From: Burkholderiales bacterium
Lineage (GTDB): Bacteria > Pseudomonadota > Gammaproteobacteria > Burkholderiales > JAEUOS01
Assembly: GCA_046160545.1 (NCBI GenBank)
Contig: JBJXGS010000322.1
Span: 23,408 to 87,407 of the forward strand
Length of the DNA: 64,000 nt
Reading direction: 5' to 3'
Positions 20,445 through 29,272 of the stretch are shown piece after piece (positions within the stretch are counted from its first letter, which is position 1; every line of letters starts with the position of its first letter). The notes under the pieces are model-generated. The model was not told the origin of the DNA. It worked only from the letters and a program-made list of their open reading frames with translations, and did no database searches. Made by a program: the position numbers and the translations under genes.

Positions 20445-21500
20445 TCAGGCCGCGGTCAGTTCGCCGGACGTGCGCCGGCTTTCGGCCTCGAGCAAGCGCT
20501 CAACTGTGCGTCGCATGTGTATGCGTGCCGAGTCGGACACGATGTCGACCAGGCCGTCGTAGCCTGTCTCGGCCAGGCGCGCCTGTTGGGCCTCGACGAT
20601 GAGCTTGTCTTCCTGAAAGGCCGTATCGATCTCTGTATAGAGTTGCTCGGTGGCCTGCGGGTCGTCCTGGCGATATCCGTTGGCAGTTGACCAGAAGTAA
20701 TGGCATGTGTCCTCGGTCGCCGGTGTCAGACCATGGAACAGGCGCAACTGGAAACCGCCCTCCTGCTCGCGATTGACCTGCGCTCCGCGGCCGACCGCCA
20801 GCGCCCCGCTCCATTGGATGATGCTGCCGGGAGCGAAATACTCGAACTCCTGCCAGCGATCCACCTTGCCGGTAAAGCCCGCAGCCTTGACATAGGTCGG
20901 CGGAGGAGTGGAATCCAGCATCCAGCGGATGTAGTGCAGTCCGCTTTCCGTCGGTGTGACCTGCATCTTCGCATCGACATGCACCTTGGGATTGCCGCCG
21001 ATGGTGTTGCGATGCACGTAACCCAGATGAGTCAAATCCATGAGGTTATCGACCATGAGCATGTAGTTGCCCCTGATGTCGTAGTGCGCGTGCTTGTGTG
21101 GCCACTTCTTGTAGTCGTTGTGCCACGGATAGTCGATGATCTTGCTCTTGTCGGCCGCTTCGGCGTCACCCATCCAGACCCAGATGAACTCATCCTTCTC
21201 CACCACCGGAAAACTCCTGACGCGGGCCTTGGCGGGTATCCGCTCCTGGCGCGGGATCTCGACACAACGCCCGTCGACGTCGAAGACCAGTCCGTGATAT
21301 CCGCACTGCAGGCCGTTCTCGACCACCTCGCCAAAGCGAAGCGGCGTGCCGCGATGGCAGCACCGGTCCTCCAGAATGCCCACGCGACCCGCGGTGTCGC
21401 GGTAAATCACGACGGCTTCGTTGCAAATCATTCGCGCCAGTGGTTTGGAGCTGATCTCGTTTGCCCAGGCTGCGATGTACCAAGCGTTGCGAATGAACAT
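20445..21500 (-). CDS. Rieske non-haem-iron oxygenase, phthalate/VanA family (alpha-only type)
   Basis: Rieske CCHRG ... CGYHG motif and mononuclear-iron motif DNLMDLTHLGYVH. At 351 aa it matches VanA/DdmC-type O-demethylase-like oxygenases in size. Confidence 0.88.
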   Translation of the reverse strand: MFIRNAWYIAAWANEISSKPLARMICNEAVVIYRDTAGRVGILEDRCCHRGTPLRFGEVVENGLQCGYHGLVFDVDGRCVEIPRQERIPAKARVRSFPVVEKDEFIWVWMGDAEAADKSKIIDYPWHNDYKKWPHKHAHYDIRGNYMLMVDNLMDLTHLGYVHRNTIGGNPKVHVDAKMQVTPTESGLHYIRWMLDSTPPPTYVKAAGFTGKVDRWQEFEYFAPGSIIQWSGALAVGRGAQVNREQEGGFQLRLFHGLTPATEDTCHYFWSTANGYRQDDPQATEQLYTEIDTAFQEDKLIVEAQQARLAETGYDGLVDIVSDSARIHMRRTVERLLEAESRRTSGELTAA

Positions 21501-21627
21501 GTCGTCTCCCCGGATGTCTCAAAACGCCCATTTTCGACCACGACCCGGCTTCGGGTCAACCCGTATCCCGACTCACTTGGGCGTCTTGTATGATACGACG
21601 ATCATTTCACAAACGGGAGAGGCGACA

Positions 21628-22803
21628 ATGAAACTCAGAACTTCGCTCAAAGTGGCATGCTCGGCCATTCTGCTTGCGGCAGCCGGCAGCGTGCTCGCCC
21701 AGGCGCCCATCAAAATCGGCTTCATGGCCGAACTGTCGGGTCCGCAGGGCGCCATCGGCCAGGCTCAATTCGAAGGTTTCATGATGGTGGTCGAGGCCAA
21801 CGGTGGGCGACTGGGTGGTGTCCCCGTCGAGATCCTGCGCGAGGACAGCCAGCTCAAGCCCGAGGTCGCGGTGCAGATCGTCGACAAGCTCATCGAGCGG
21901 GACCGTGTACCCATCATCACCGGTGTGACCTTCTCCAACGTCATGATGGCCGTGCACAAGAAGATCGTCGACAAGGAGGTCTTCCTGATCGGCTCGAACG
22001 CAGGTCCGTCGCCGATTGCGGCCGCCGCGTGTTCGCCGTTCTTCTTCTCGACCTCGTGGCAGAATGACCAGCAGGCCGAGGTGGTGGGCAAGTACGCGAC
22101 CGACAAGGGTTACAAGCGCATCGTCGCGATGGCACCCAATTACCAGGCGGGCAAGGACTTCGTCGCAGGGTTCAAGCGCTACTACAAGACGCCGCTCGCC
22201 AACGAGATCTACACGCCTTTGACTCAGCAGGATTACTCCGCCGAACTCACGCAGGTGCAGGCGTCCAATCCCGATGCCGTCTTCGTTTTCTATCCGGGCG
22301 GCCTGGGCGTGAACTTCGTCAAGCAGTACAACCAGGCAGGTCTCAAGGCCAAGTTCCCGCTCATGAACACCTCCACGGTGGACGGCATTACCCTGCCGGC
22401 GCAGGGCGATGCTGCGCTCGGTGTAGTGACCGGAACGTTCTGGGGGCCGGACTTCAACAATCCGGCCAACCGCAAATTCGTCGCGGACTTCGAAGCCAAA
22501 CACAAGCGCATTCCCTCGCAGTACGCGGCGCAGGGCTACGACTCTGCGCAGTTGCTTGATTCGGCGATTGCCAAGGTCAAAGGCAACGTCGCTGACAAGC
22601 GCGCTTTCCAGACGGCCCTGAAAGCAGCGGACTTCCGTTCGGTGCGCGGGGAATTCAAATTCAACACCAACAACTTCCCGATCCAGGATTTGCACATGTT
22701 CGAAGCGATCAAGGATGGCCAGGGACGCTACACCCTGAAAACCATCGCGACGCCGCTGAAAGCCGATCGTGACGCATATGCCGAAAAGTGCGCGATGAAG
22801 TAG
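21628..22803 (+). CDS. ABC transporter periplasmic substrate-binding protein, HAAT (LivJ/K-like) family
   Basis: ATG at 21628 after GGGAGAGG. Signal peptide ...SVLAQAP followed by IKIGFMAELSGPQG, typical of type-I PBPs. Confidence 0.88.
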   Translation: MKLRTSLKVACSAILLAAAGSVLAQAPIKIGFMAELSGPQGAIGQAQFEGFMMVVEANGGRLGGVPVEILREDSQLKPEVAVQIVDKLIERDRVPIITGVTFSNVMMAVHKKIVDKEVFLIGSNAGPSPIAAAACSPFFFSTSWQNDQQAEVVGKYATDKGYKRIVAMAPNYQAGKDFVAGFKRYYKTPLANEIYTPLTQQDYSAELTQVQASNPDAVFVFYPGGLGVNFVKQYNQAGLKAKFPLMNTSTVDGITLPAQGDAALGVVTGTFWGPDFNNPANRKFVADFEAKHKRIPSQYAAQGYDSAQLLDSAIAKVKGNVADKRAFQTALKAADFRSVRGEFKFNTNNFPIQDLHMFEAIKDGQGRYTLKTIATPLKADRDAYAEKCAMK

Positions 22804-22824
22804 TCGAACAGGCTGCCGACCGAC

Positions 22825-22854
22825 AAAGGGGCGCGTGAGCGCCCCTTTGCTTTT
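22825..22854 (+). terminator. intercistronic hairpin (partial terminator / mRNA stabiliser) after the SBP gene
   Basis: AAAGGGGCGC / GCGCCCCTTT 10-bp stem with a GTGA loop, then GCTTTT. Lies between the SBP and permease genes. Confidence 0.5.
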
Positions 22855-22943
22855 GACCCCAGGCAAGCCGCCACTATCTTTCGTCTGAGTATGCTAATTT
22901 CGCGCCTTTCGCGAGCCGACAGCGCGCGAGCCACACAGCGACA

Positions 22944-23864
22944 ATGACCTGGGGCTTATTCTTCACGCAGGTGCTCAACGGGGTGCAACTCGGCATCCTG
23001 CTGTTCCTGCTCGCTGCCGGATTGACGCTGGTGTTCGGCATCATGAATTTCGTCAACCTGGCGCACGGTTCGCTCTACATGATGGGCGCCTATTTTGCGG
23101 CTGCCGCGTTCGCAGCCACGGGCTCGTTCACCATTGCTGCGCTGGTGGCGATTCCGGCGACCATGTTGTTGGGGCTGATCGTCGAGCGCGTCGCGCTGAT
23201 GCGCCTTTACGCACGCGACCATCTCGACCAGGTCCTCTCGACGTTTGGACTGATTCTTTTTTTCAACGAAGTGGTGCGCTACTTCTGGGGGCCATCGTCG
23301 ATCTACATGAATGCGCCTGCCGCCCTGTCCGGCCAGGTGAACCTGTTCGGACTTGCGTATCCGTCGTACCGCTTCGCCATCATCGCTTGCGGACTGGCAG
23401 TAGCCGGTGGCTTGTACCTGCTCATCAATCGCACCCGCCTGGGCATGCTGATTCGCGCCGGAGCTTCCAATGCCGACATGGTCTCGGCCCTGGGCGTGGA
23501 CATCCGCTTCCTCAATTCAATGGTCTTTGCAATGGGCGCGGGGCTGGCTGCGCTGGCAGGCCTCATGTCCGGGCCGATACTTTCGGTGCAGCCCGGCATG
23601 GGTGAGCCGGTCCTGATCCTGACCCTGGTCGTCATCGTCACTGGTGGCATCGGTTCCATACGCGGCGCGTTTTACGGAGCCCTGATCGTCGGACTGGTCG
23701 ATACGGTCGGCAGGGCGTTCCTGCCGGCATTCCTGCAGATGGTAATCGAGCGCTCTCTCGCGCAAGCCGCCGGTCCGGCGATCGCCTCGATGCTGATCTA
23801 TCTCCTGATGGCGGTCGTGCTGGCGGTACGTCCCCAGGGACTCTTTCCGGTGCGTCATGGCTGA
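22944..23864 (+). CDS. HAAT-family ABC permease (LivH-like)
   Basis: Polytopic membrane protein with an N-terminus (LNGVQLGILLFLLAAGLTLVFGIMNFVNLAHGSLYMMGAY) typical of LivH. Confidence 0.9.
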   Translation: MTWGLFFTQVLNGVQLGILLFLLAAGLTLVFGIMNFVNLAHGSLYMMGAYFAAAAFAATGSFTIAALVAIPATMLLGLIVERVALMRLYARDHLDQVLSTFGLILFFNEVVRYFWGPSSIYMNAPAALSGQVNLFGLAYPSYRFAIIACGLAVAGGLYLLINRTRLGMLIRAGASNADMVSALGVDIRFLNSMVFAMGAGLAALAGLMSGPILSVQPGMGEPVLILTLVVIVTGGIGSIRGAFYGALIVGLVDTVGRAFLPAFLQMVIERSLAQAAGPAIASMLIYLLMAVVLAVRPQGLFPVRHG

Positions 23865-24834
23865 TTGGCGCTCGCGCAGCGTATGGATTCCGGCGCTGGT
23901 TATCGCCGGCCTGGCCCTGTTGCCGCTGGCGGCTTCGCTGGCCGGCCAGAGCTTCTACGTTACGCTGGGAACGCGCATCCTCATCTACGCGCTCGCCGCG
24001 TTGGCGCTCAACTTCATTCTGGGTTTCGGCGGGCTGGTCAGCTTCGGTCACGCCCTGTACATCGGCCTCGGCGCTTATGCGGTCGGCATCCTGTCCTTCC
24101 ACGGCGTGACCAATGGCTGGGTGCACCTGGCCGTTGCCCTGCTGCTGGGCGGTCTGTTCGCTGCGGCAATCGGTGCCATCGTGGTGCGCACCAGCGGCAT
24201 GACCTTCATCATGATCACCCTGGCATTTGCTCAAATGGGGTACTTCCTGGCGATCAGCCTCAAGCATTACGGGGGCGACGACGGACTGACCATCGACGCG
24301 CGCAGCCAGATGGGCATCATCGATCTCTCGAGCAACACGGTCCTCTATTACGCGGTGCTCGCCTGCCTGATCGGCGCACTATGGATGTTCAACCGCATGC
24401 TCGGATCACGCTTTGGGTATGTGTTGCGCGGCACCAAGTCCAACGAGAGGCGCATGCTCGCGCTTGGATTCCCCACGTTTCGCTACAAACTGTCGGCGTA
24501 CGTGATCTCGGCGCTTGTCTGCACGCTGGCCGGGTTCTTTCTCGCGAATTTCACAAAGTTTGCTTCGCCGTCGTACATGCAGTGGAACGTGTCCGGAGAG
24601 TTGATCGTCATCATTGTCCTGGGCGGCATGACGACCCTGTTCGGGCCGATCATCGGTGCAATCGTGTTCCTGCTTCTTGAAGAGTACCTGCAGGGCTTCA
24701 AGCCGGGCCTGCTGCCGCCGATCGAAAAAGTGATCAGCACGCACTGGCAGGCCGTGGTGGGCATATTCATCGTGGTCGTAGTCCTCTATGCCAAACGAGG
24801 CATCTACGGTTTCCTTACAGGAACGCGCAAGTGA
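23857..24834 (+). CDS. HAAT-family ABC permease (LivM-like)
   Basis: Polytopic. LNFILGFGGLVSFGHALYIGLGAY motif. 8-nt overlap with the preceding gene. Confidence 0.9.
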   Translation: MADWRSRSVWIPALVIAGLALLPLAASLAGQSFYVTLGTRILIYALAALALNFILGFGGLVSFGHALYIGLGAYAVGILSFHGVTNGWVHLAVALLLGGLFAAAIGAIVVRTSGMTFIMITLAFAQMGYFLAISLKHYGGDDGLTIDARSQMGIIDLSSNTVLYYAVLACLIGALWMFNRMLGSRFGYVLRGTKSNERRMLALGFPTFRYKLSAYVISALVCTLAGFFLANFTKFASPSYMQWNVSGELIVIIVLGGMTTLFGPIIGAIVFLLLEEYLQGFKPGLLPPIEKVISTHWQAVVGIFIVVVVLYAKRGIYGFLTGTRK

Positions 24835-25586
24835 GTAGCGCCCTTCTTGAGGTACGCGACCTCACAAAGCGCTTCGGCGGGTTGATGGCGACCGATCACG
24901 TCGCCTTCACCGTGATGCCGGGCGAAGTGCACGCCATCATCGGGCCCAACGGGGCAGGCAAGACAACCCTGATTTCGCAACTGGCCGGCGAATTGCGTCC
25001 GGATGAAGGCGAGATCCGGTTCGAAGGCCGCGACATCTCGCGGGAATCGGTGCCGGCCCGATCGCTTCTGGGGCTCGGCCGCTCCTACCAGATCAGCCAG
25101 ATTTTTCGCGATTTTTCCGCACTGGAAAACGTCATGCTGGCGGTGCAGGCGCATGCTGGCCACAGCTTTTCCTTCATGCGCCAGGCCATGACAGACCAGC
25201 GCTTGGTGGCGCCTGCGCGCGCGGCGCTTGCCAAGGTCGGGCTGGCCGGGCGGGCCGGAACCATGGTCGCCGAGATGGCGCATGGCGAGCATCGCCAGCT
25301 CGAACTTGCGATGACGCTCGCCAGCGAACCACGCATGCTGTTGCTCGATGAGCCGATGGCCGGCATGAGTCAGAAGGAATCCGAGGAGATGATCGCCCTG
25401 ATCCGCGGACTCAAGGGGGCCTACGGCATCATTCTGGTCGAACACGACATGGACGCGGTCTTCGCGCTCGCCGATCGGATATCGGTACTGGTTTACGGCC
25501 GCATTATCATCACCGGCACGCCCGAAGAGATCCGCAGTAATCGCGAAGTCAAGGACGCGTATCTCGGTGAGGAGGAGGCGGCGTGA
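24831..25586 (+). CDS. HAAT-family ABC ATPase (LivG-like)
   Basis: Walker A GPNGAGKTT, signature region HGEHRQLELA, Walker B LLLDEP. GTG start overlapping the upstream stop. Confidence 0.92.
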   Translation: MSSALLEVRDLTKRFGGLMATDHVAFTVMPGEVHAIIGPNGAGKTTLISQLAGELRPDEGEIRFEGRDISRESVPARSLLGLGRSYQISQIFRDFSALENVMLAVQAHAGHSFSFMRQAMTDQRLVAPARAALAKVGLAGRAGTMVAEMAHGEHRQLELAMTLASEPRMLLLDEPMAGMSQKESEEMIALIRGLKGAYGIILVEHDMDAVFALADRISVLVYGRIIITGTPEEIRSNREVKDAYLGEEEAA

Positions 25587-25665
25587 AGCTTCTCGTCCGA
25601 ATTCCGGAACCCGCCGCAGGTCGCTGCCAGTGCCGCACGCGGCCTGACGCAAAGAGGGCACTCGC

Positions 25666-26379
25666 ATGACCGCGCCGATGTTGAAGGTGCGCGATGTCGA
25701 GACTTGCTACGGTACGAGCCAGGCCTTGTTCGGCATGAGCTTCGAGGTCTCGCAGGGCGAGTTCGTGACCCTGATCGGACGCAATGGCATGGGCAAGACC
25801 ACCACGGTCAAGAGCGTGATGGGCCTGCTTGCGCCACGCGGTGGCGCAATCGAATTCAACGGGCACTCGCTCGCGCGGCTGCCCGCCTATCGGGTCGCGC
25901 AGTTGGGCATAGGGCTGGTTCCCGAGGGCCGGCAGGTGTTTCCCAATCTGACAGTGCGCGAAAACCTGGTGGCGACTTCCAACAACCGCGCCGGCGCGCG
26001 TGATCCGTGGACGCTCGAGCGCGTCTACGCGCTTTTCCCCCGCCTCAAGGAACGGGAACGCAATCTCGGAGCAAACCTCTCGGGTGGTGAGCAGCAAATG
26101 CTGTCCATCGGACGCGCCCTCATGACCAACCCGCGCTTGCTCATTCTCGACGAAGCCACCGAGGGGCTGGCACCCTTGATCCGACAGGAGATCTGGGCCT
26201 GCCTGGCTGGCCTGAAGCGGGCAGGGCAGACCGTGGTGGTGATCGACAAGAACATTGCCGCGCTGCTGCGACTGGCCGATACCCACTACCTGGTCGAGAA
26301 GGGCAAGGTAGTGTGGAACGGCACTTCCACAAGCCTTAAGGCACAGCCTGACTTGCTGCATCAGTACGTCGGCGTCTGA
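25666..26379 (+). CDS. HAAT-family ABC ATPase (LivF-like)
   Basis: Walker A GRNGMGKTT, LSGGEQQML signature, Walker B LILDEAT. Confidence 0.92.
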   Translation: MTAPMLKVRDVETCYGTSQALFGMSFEVSQGEFVTLIGRNGMGKTTTVKSVMGLLAPRGGAIEFNGHSLARLPAYRVAQLGIGLVPEGRQVFPNLTVRENLVATSNNRAGARDPWTLERVYALFPRLKERERNLGANLSGGEQQMLSIGRALMTNPRLLILDEATEGLAPLIRQEIWACLAGLKRAGQTVVVIDKNIAALLRLADTHYLVEKGKVVWNGTSTSLKAQPDLLHQYVGV

Positions 26380-26430
26380 GGCTATGCGTGCCGCCAGGGC
26401 GTCAGCCGGGTCTGGCTACCTGCTTCCCCT

Positions 26431-27300
26431 TTAGGGGTTGAGTTCTCCGCCTTCGGGCCGCGAACCCCACATGCACCATGAGCGAGGTGCAACCGGAAAC
26501 TGACGCGGTCTCTGCGCCTCGTTGGTGATCGTGCGCTGCTGGGTGGAATAAGCCCATGGCAGGCCATCAGGACCCGCGATGTAGACAAAAGTGGCTGCCG
26601 AAACCGGGTCGCGGCCGGGACCAAACAGGGTTGCGATGCCGTTCTCGCGCAAGAAATACGTTGCCCGCATGATGTCGTCCATGCTCGCAACCTGGAACGC
26701 AATGTGCCGCAGGCCGGGTCTCTTGGCTGCTATGAGTGCGATCCGGTGGTGAGCATCATCCAGGCGCAGGTAAGGTGCATTGCCGATGCGGTCGGATACG
26801 CGCGCGCCGAGCCAGCCAGTCCAGAAGGCCTCGTCGCGCGCCGGCTCCGTGCTGCGCAGTCCCACTGCTGCAAGCCGTTCGACCCCGGCGGGGCGAATCG
26901 GCACAAACTCTGCGTCGGTGTCCCTGGCCGGCACGACCAGTTCAAGCTTGTTCCCGCTCGGGTCTGTCAGCATGACGAGCGAGGATACGTTGCGCACCGC
27001 ACATTCGTCGCGCGTCCCCATGCGCACCGGATAGCCTGCCGCAGCAAGCCGCCCGGCCCCTGCTTTCAAGCCGGCTGGGTCAGCGACTTCGAGTCCCGTG
27101 GCCTGATCGGTGGAATCACCTTCGAAATAGACAACGGTGTGATGGCGCGTATCACTGCGCAAATAGACGGCGTGATGTGCGCCCGGCGCTCCCATACGGC
27201 CGACCTCCTGCAAGCCGGCAAAGCGGGTCGCGAAGCGAGCAGCGGCGTCGACGTTGGCCGTCCCCAGCCGGACGTAGCGCAGATCCTTGAGGGCAATCAT
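26431..27300 (-). CDS. two-domain VOC-superfamily protein, extradiol ring-cleavage dioxygenase-like
   Basis: 289 aa. LRYVRLGTANVDAAARF ... and the later HIAFQVASMDD resemble BphC/catechol-2,3-dioxygenase-like tandem VOC modules. Confidence 0.7.
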   Translation of the reverse strand: MIALKDLRYVRLGTANVDAAARFATRFAGLQEVGRMGAPGAHHAVYLRSDTRHHTVVYFEGDSTDQATGLEVADPAGLKAGAGRLAAAGYPVRMGTRDECAVRNVSSLVMLTDPSGNKLELVVPARDTDAEFVPIRPAGVERLAAVGLRSTEPARDEAFWTGWLGARVSDRIGNAPYLRLDDAHHRIALIAAKRPGLRHIAFQVASMDDIMRATYFLRENGIATLFGPGRDPVSAATFVYIAGPDGLPWAYSTQQRTITNEAQRPRQFPVAPRSWCMWGSRPEGGELNP

Positions 27301-27445
27301 CTATTTGCGAAAATTTACTGCAACATCCGGAACACAATGGCAAACGGAGTTTTGGCAAATCACCTCGGCGATTGCGCTAAGATATAACGGCACTCGACGC
27401 CTCTTTTTTGTTGTTTGAACTAGCATTTTAACGCGAGGATATTCC

Positions 27446-28114
27446 ATGGGCCAGACCATTCGCCTGACCGCTGCAGACGGACACCAACTCGGCGCTTATC
27501 GCGCCGACCCGGTCGGGAAGCCACGCGGGGCAATCATCGTCATCCAGGAAATTTTTGGCGTCAACCAGCACATCCGCAAAGTTGCTGACGGTTATGCGGC
27601 CGAAGGTTACGTCGCAATCGCACCAGCACTATTCGACCGCATCCGCCCCGGAATTGAGGTCGGCTACTCGATGTCCGAGATCCAGGAAGGCTTTGGCTAC
27701 AAGTCCGCGTCGACCACAGAAAATGCGCTGGCTGACATCAGAGCTGCAGTAGCGGAGGGGGCGAAAGCGGGGAGGGTCGGCGTCGTCGGCTACTGCTGGG
27801 GAGGTTTTCTGTCCTGGATGAGCGCATCCCAGGTGTCCGGCATCGCGGCATCGGCACCGTACTATGGTGGAGGCATTCCGGATGCCGTGAGCGAAACCCC
27901 GCGCTGCCCAGTGATGATGCATTTTGGCGAAAAGGACAGCTACATCCCGATGGACGGAGTCGTGAAGGTCAGGGCACAGCACCCGCAACATGCGGTGCAC
28001 GTCTACGACGCCGACCATGGCTTCAATTGCGATGAACGCGGGTCGTGGCACGCGCCTTCAGCCCAACTGGCGCGCGAGCGCACGCTGGCTTTTTTCCGAC
28101 AACACATCGGTTGA
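27446..28114 (+). CDS. dienelactone hydrolase family protein
   Basis: IVIQEIFGVN, nucleophile box GYCWGG and DADHGF (His) are typical of carboxymethylenebutenolidase-type alpha/beta hydrolases. Confidence 0.88.
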   Translation: MGQTIRLTAADGHQLGAYRADPVGKPRGAIIVIQEIFGVNQHIRKVADGYAAEGYVAIAPALFDRIRPGIEVGYSMSEIQEGFGYKSASTTENALADIRAAVAEGAKAGRVGVVGYCWGGFLSWMSASQVSGIAASAPYYGGGIPDAVSETPRCPVMMHFGEKDSYIPMDGVVKVRAQHPQHAVHVYDADHGFNCDERGSWHAPSAQLARERTLAFFRQHIG

Positions 28115-28162
28115 GCCGACCGGCCTCACCGGTCCAGCAGAGGCTGCCCCCGCGACCTTCCG

Positions 28163-29170
28163 CTAATGAGGAAGAAGCAGGTCCAGCGAGCGTTCGGCGA
28201 AGCGTGCAGCCTTGTCGCGCGAAGTCATCGACTGAAAGGTCGACTCGCTTTGTTCGATCAGTGCGCGCATTGAATCGGCATCCGGGCATTGCGCCACGCG
28301 CAGCGCCAACGCAGCCGCCAGCGGCCCGGGCGCGCCCTCCAGGTAGGTCGACAGAAAACGTCGGCAGTCCTCGAGCGGGGAAGGATCCGGCGGCGGCTTG
28401 CCAGCAAACAGGTTGCCAAATAGACCCTTCCTGCCGCCTGCATTGCGCACCAGAGCGACGGTCAGGTTGTCGCCATTGCCAGCTGCTCGCCTGCGCGCCA
28501 GTTCTATCAGGCGATCGCAGGCGGCGGTGAGGCCTCTGTAGCCAACCAGTGCAGCCAGTTCACGCGACCGAAAATAGGCCCACATTCCATCCGAAGCGAG
28601 CAACAGGGTGTCCTGGGGCGCCAGCGTTTCGATGCCATCAAAAAGCACCTGCGGTGCTTCCGGGCCGCCCAGGCTCGAATAGAGTTTGCTGCGATCGGGG
28701 TGCGTGGCAACGTCGTCCTCGGAAATCTTGCCTTGCTCAAGAAGGATTTCGACCATCGAATGGTCGACTGTACGGCGCACGAATTTTCCGTCGCGAAACA
28801 AGTACAACCGGCTGTCGCCGCAATGCGCCCAGTCGATACGATGCTTCTGCGCCAGAGCGATCACGCAGGTCGAGCGTGGGTCGCGGTTGAAACCCTTGCC
28901 CGCGCGAGCCACGCGCTCATGTGCCGCCTGCATCATGCCCTTGAGCCAGTCGGTCGGTGCACCGGTGCCGGGCTCGAAGGACTCGAAAACAGGCAGTACG
29001 GCGTCGACAACCGCCTGCGAGGCCAGCGCGCCGCCCATGTGCCCGCCCATGCCGTCGGCAAGTACGGCGATGACGGTATCCGGGTGGCGTGGGTGCGTCG
29101 CCAGCGCGACGCGATCCTGTTGCTCCTTGCGGTCGCCGATGTTCTCGGCGCTTGCAAACTCGTAGGCCAT
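28163..29170 (-). CDS. PP2C-family Ser/Thr protein phosphatase with an uncharacterised ~92-aa C-terminal tail
   Basis: ATG at 29170 (MAYEF...). PP2C motifs RKEQQDR, LADGMGGH, CGDSRLY, ASDGMW and GDNLTVALV. The tail (aa 244-335) has no motif I recognise. Confidence 0.85.
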   Translation of the reverse strand: MAYEFASAENIGDRKEQQDRVALATHPRHPDTVIAVLADGMGGHMGGALASQAVVDAVLPVFESFEPGTGAPTDWLKGMMQAAHERVARAGKGFNRDPRSTCVIALAQKHRIDWAHCGDSRLYLFRDGKFVRRTVDHSMVEILLEQGKISEDDVATHPDRSKLYSSLGGPEAPQVLFDGIETLAPQDTLLLASDGMWAYFRSRELAALVGYRGLTAACDRLIELARRRAAGNGDNLTVALVRNAGGRKGLFGNLFAGKPPPDPSPLEDCRRFLSTYLEGAPGPLAAALALRVAQCPDADSMRALIEQSESTFQSMTSRDKAARFAERSLDLLLPH

Positions 29171-29272
29171 CGAGGTTGTTGTTGTCGCGTGCGGCCGCGT
29201 GCGTGGGGTTGATCCTGCCGATACGCTACCATAACGCATTCCTCGTGTCTCGGCTCCTGGCGATTGCAACGC

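Noticed and set aside
21607-22866. 419-aa ORF antisense to the ABC substrate-binding protein gene
   Set aside because: Antisense artefact. The plus-strand SBP has a signal peptide, an RBS and family motifs.
23865-24680. 271-aa alternative-frame ORF inside the LivM-like permease gene
   Set aside because: The Arg/Pro/His-rich translation is characteristic of an off-frame reading. The annotated frame gives a clean polytopic permease.
29187-29203. GCGTGCG-GCC-GCGTGCG direct repeat in the PP2C / hypothetical divergent gap
   Set aside because: It is a short GC-only repeat that could arise by chance at this base composition. There is no supporting symmetry or second copy.
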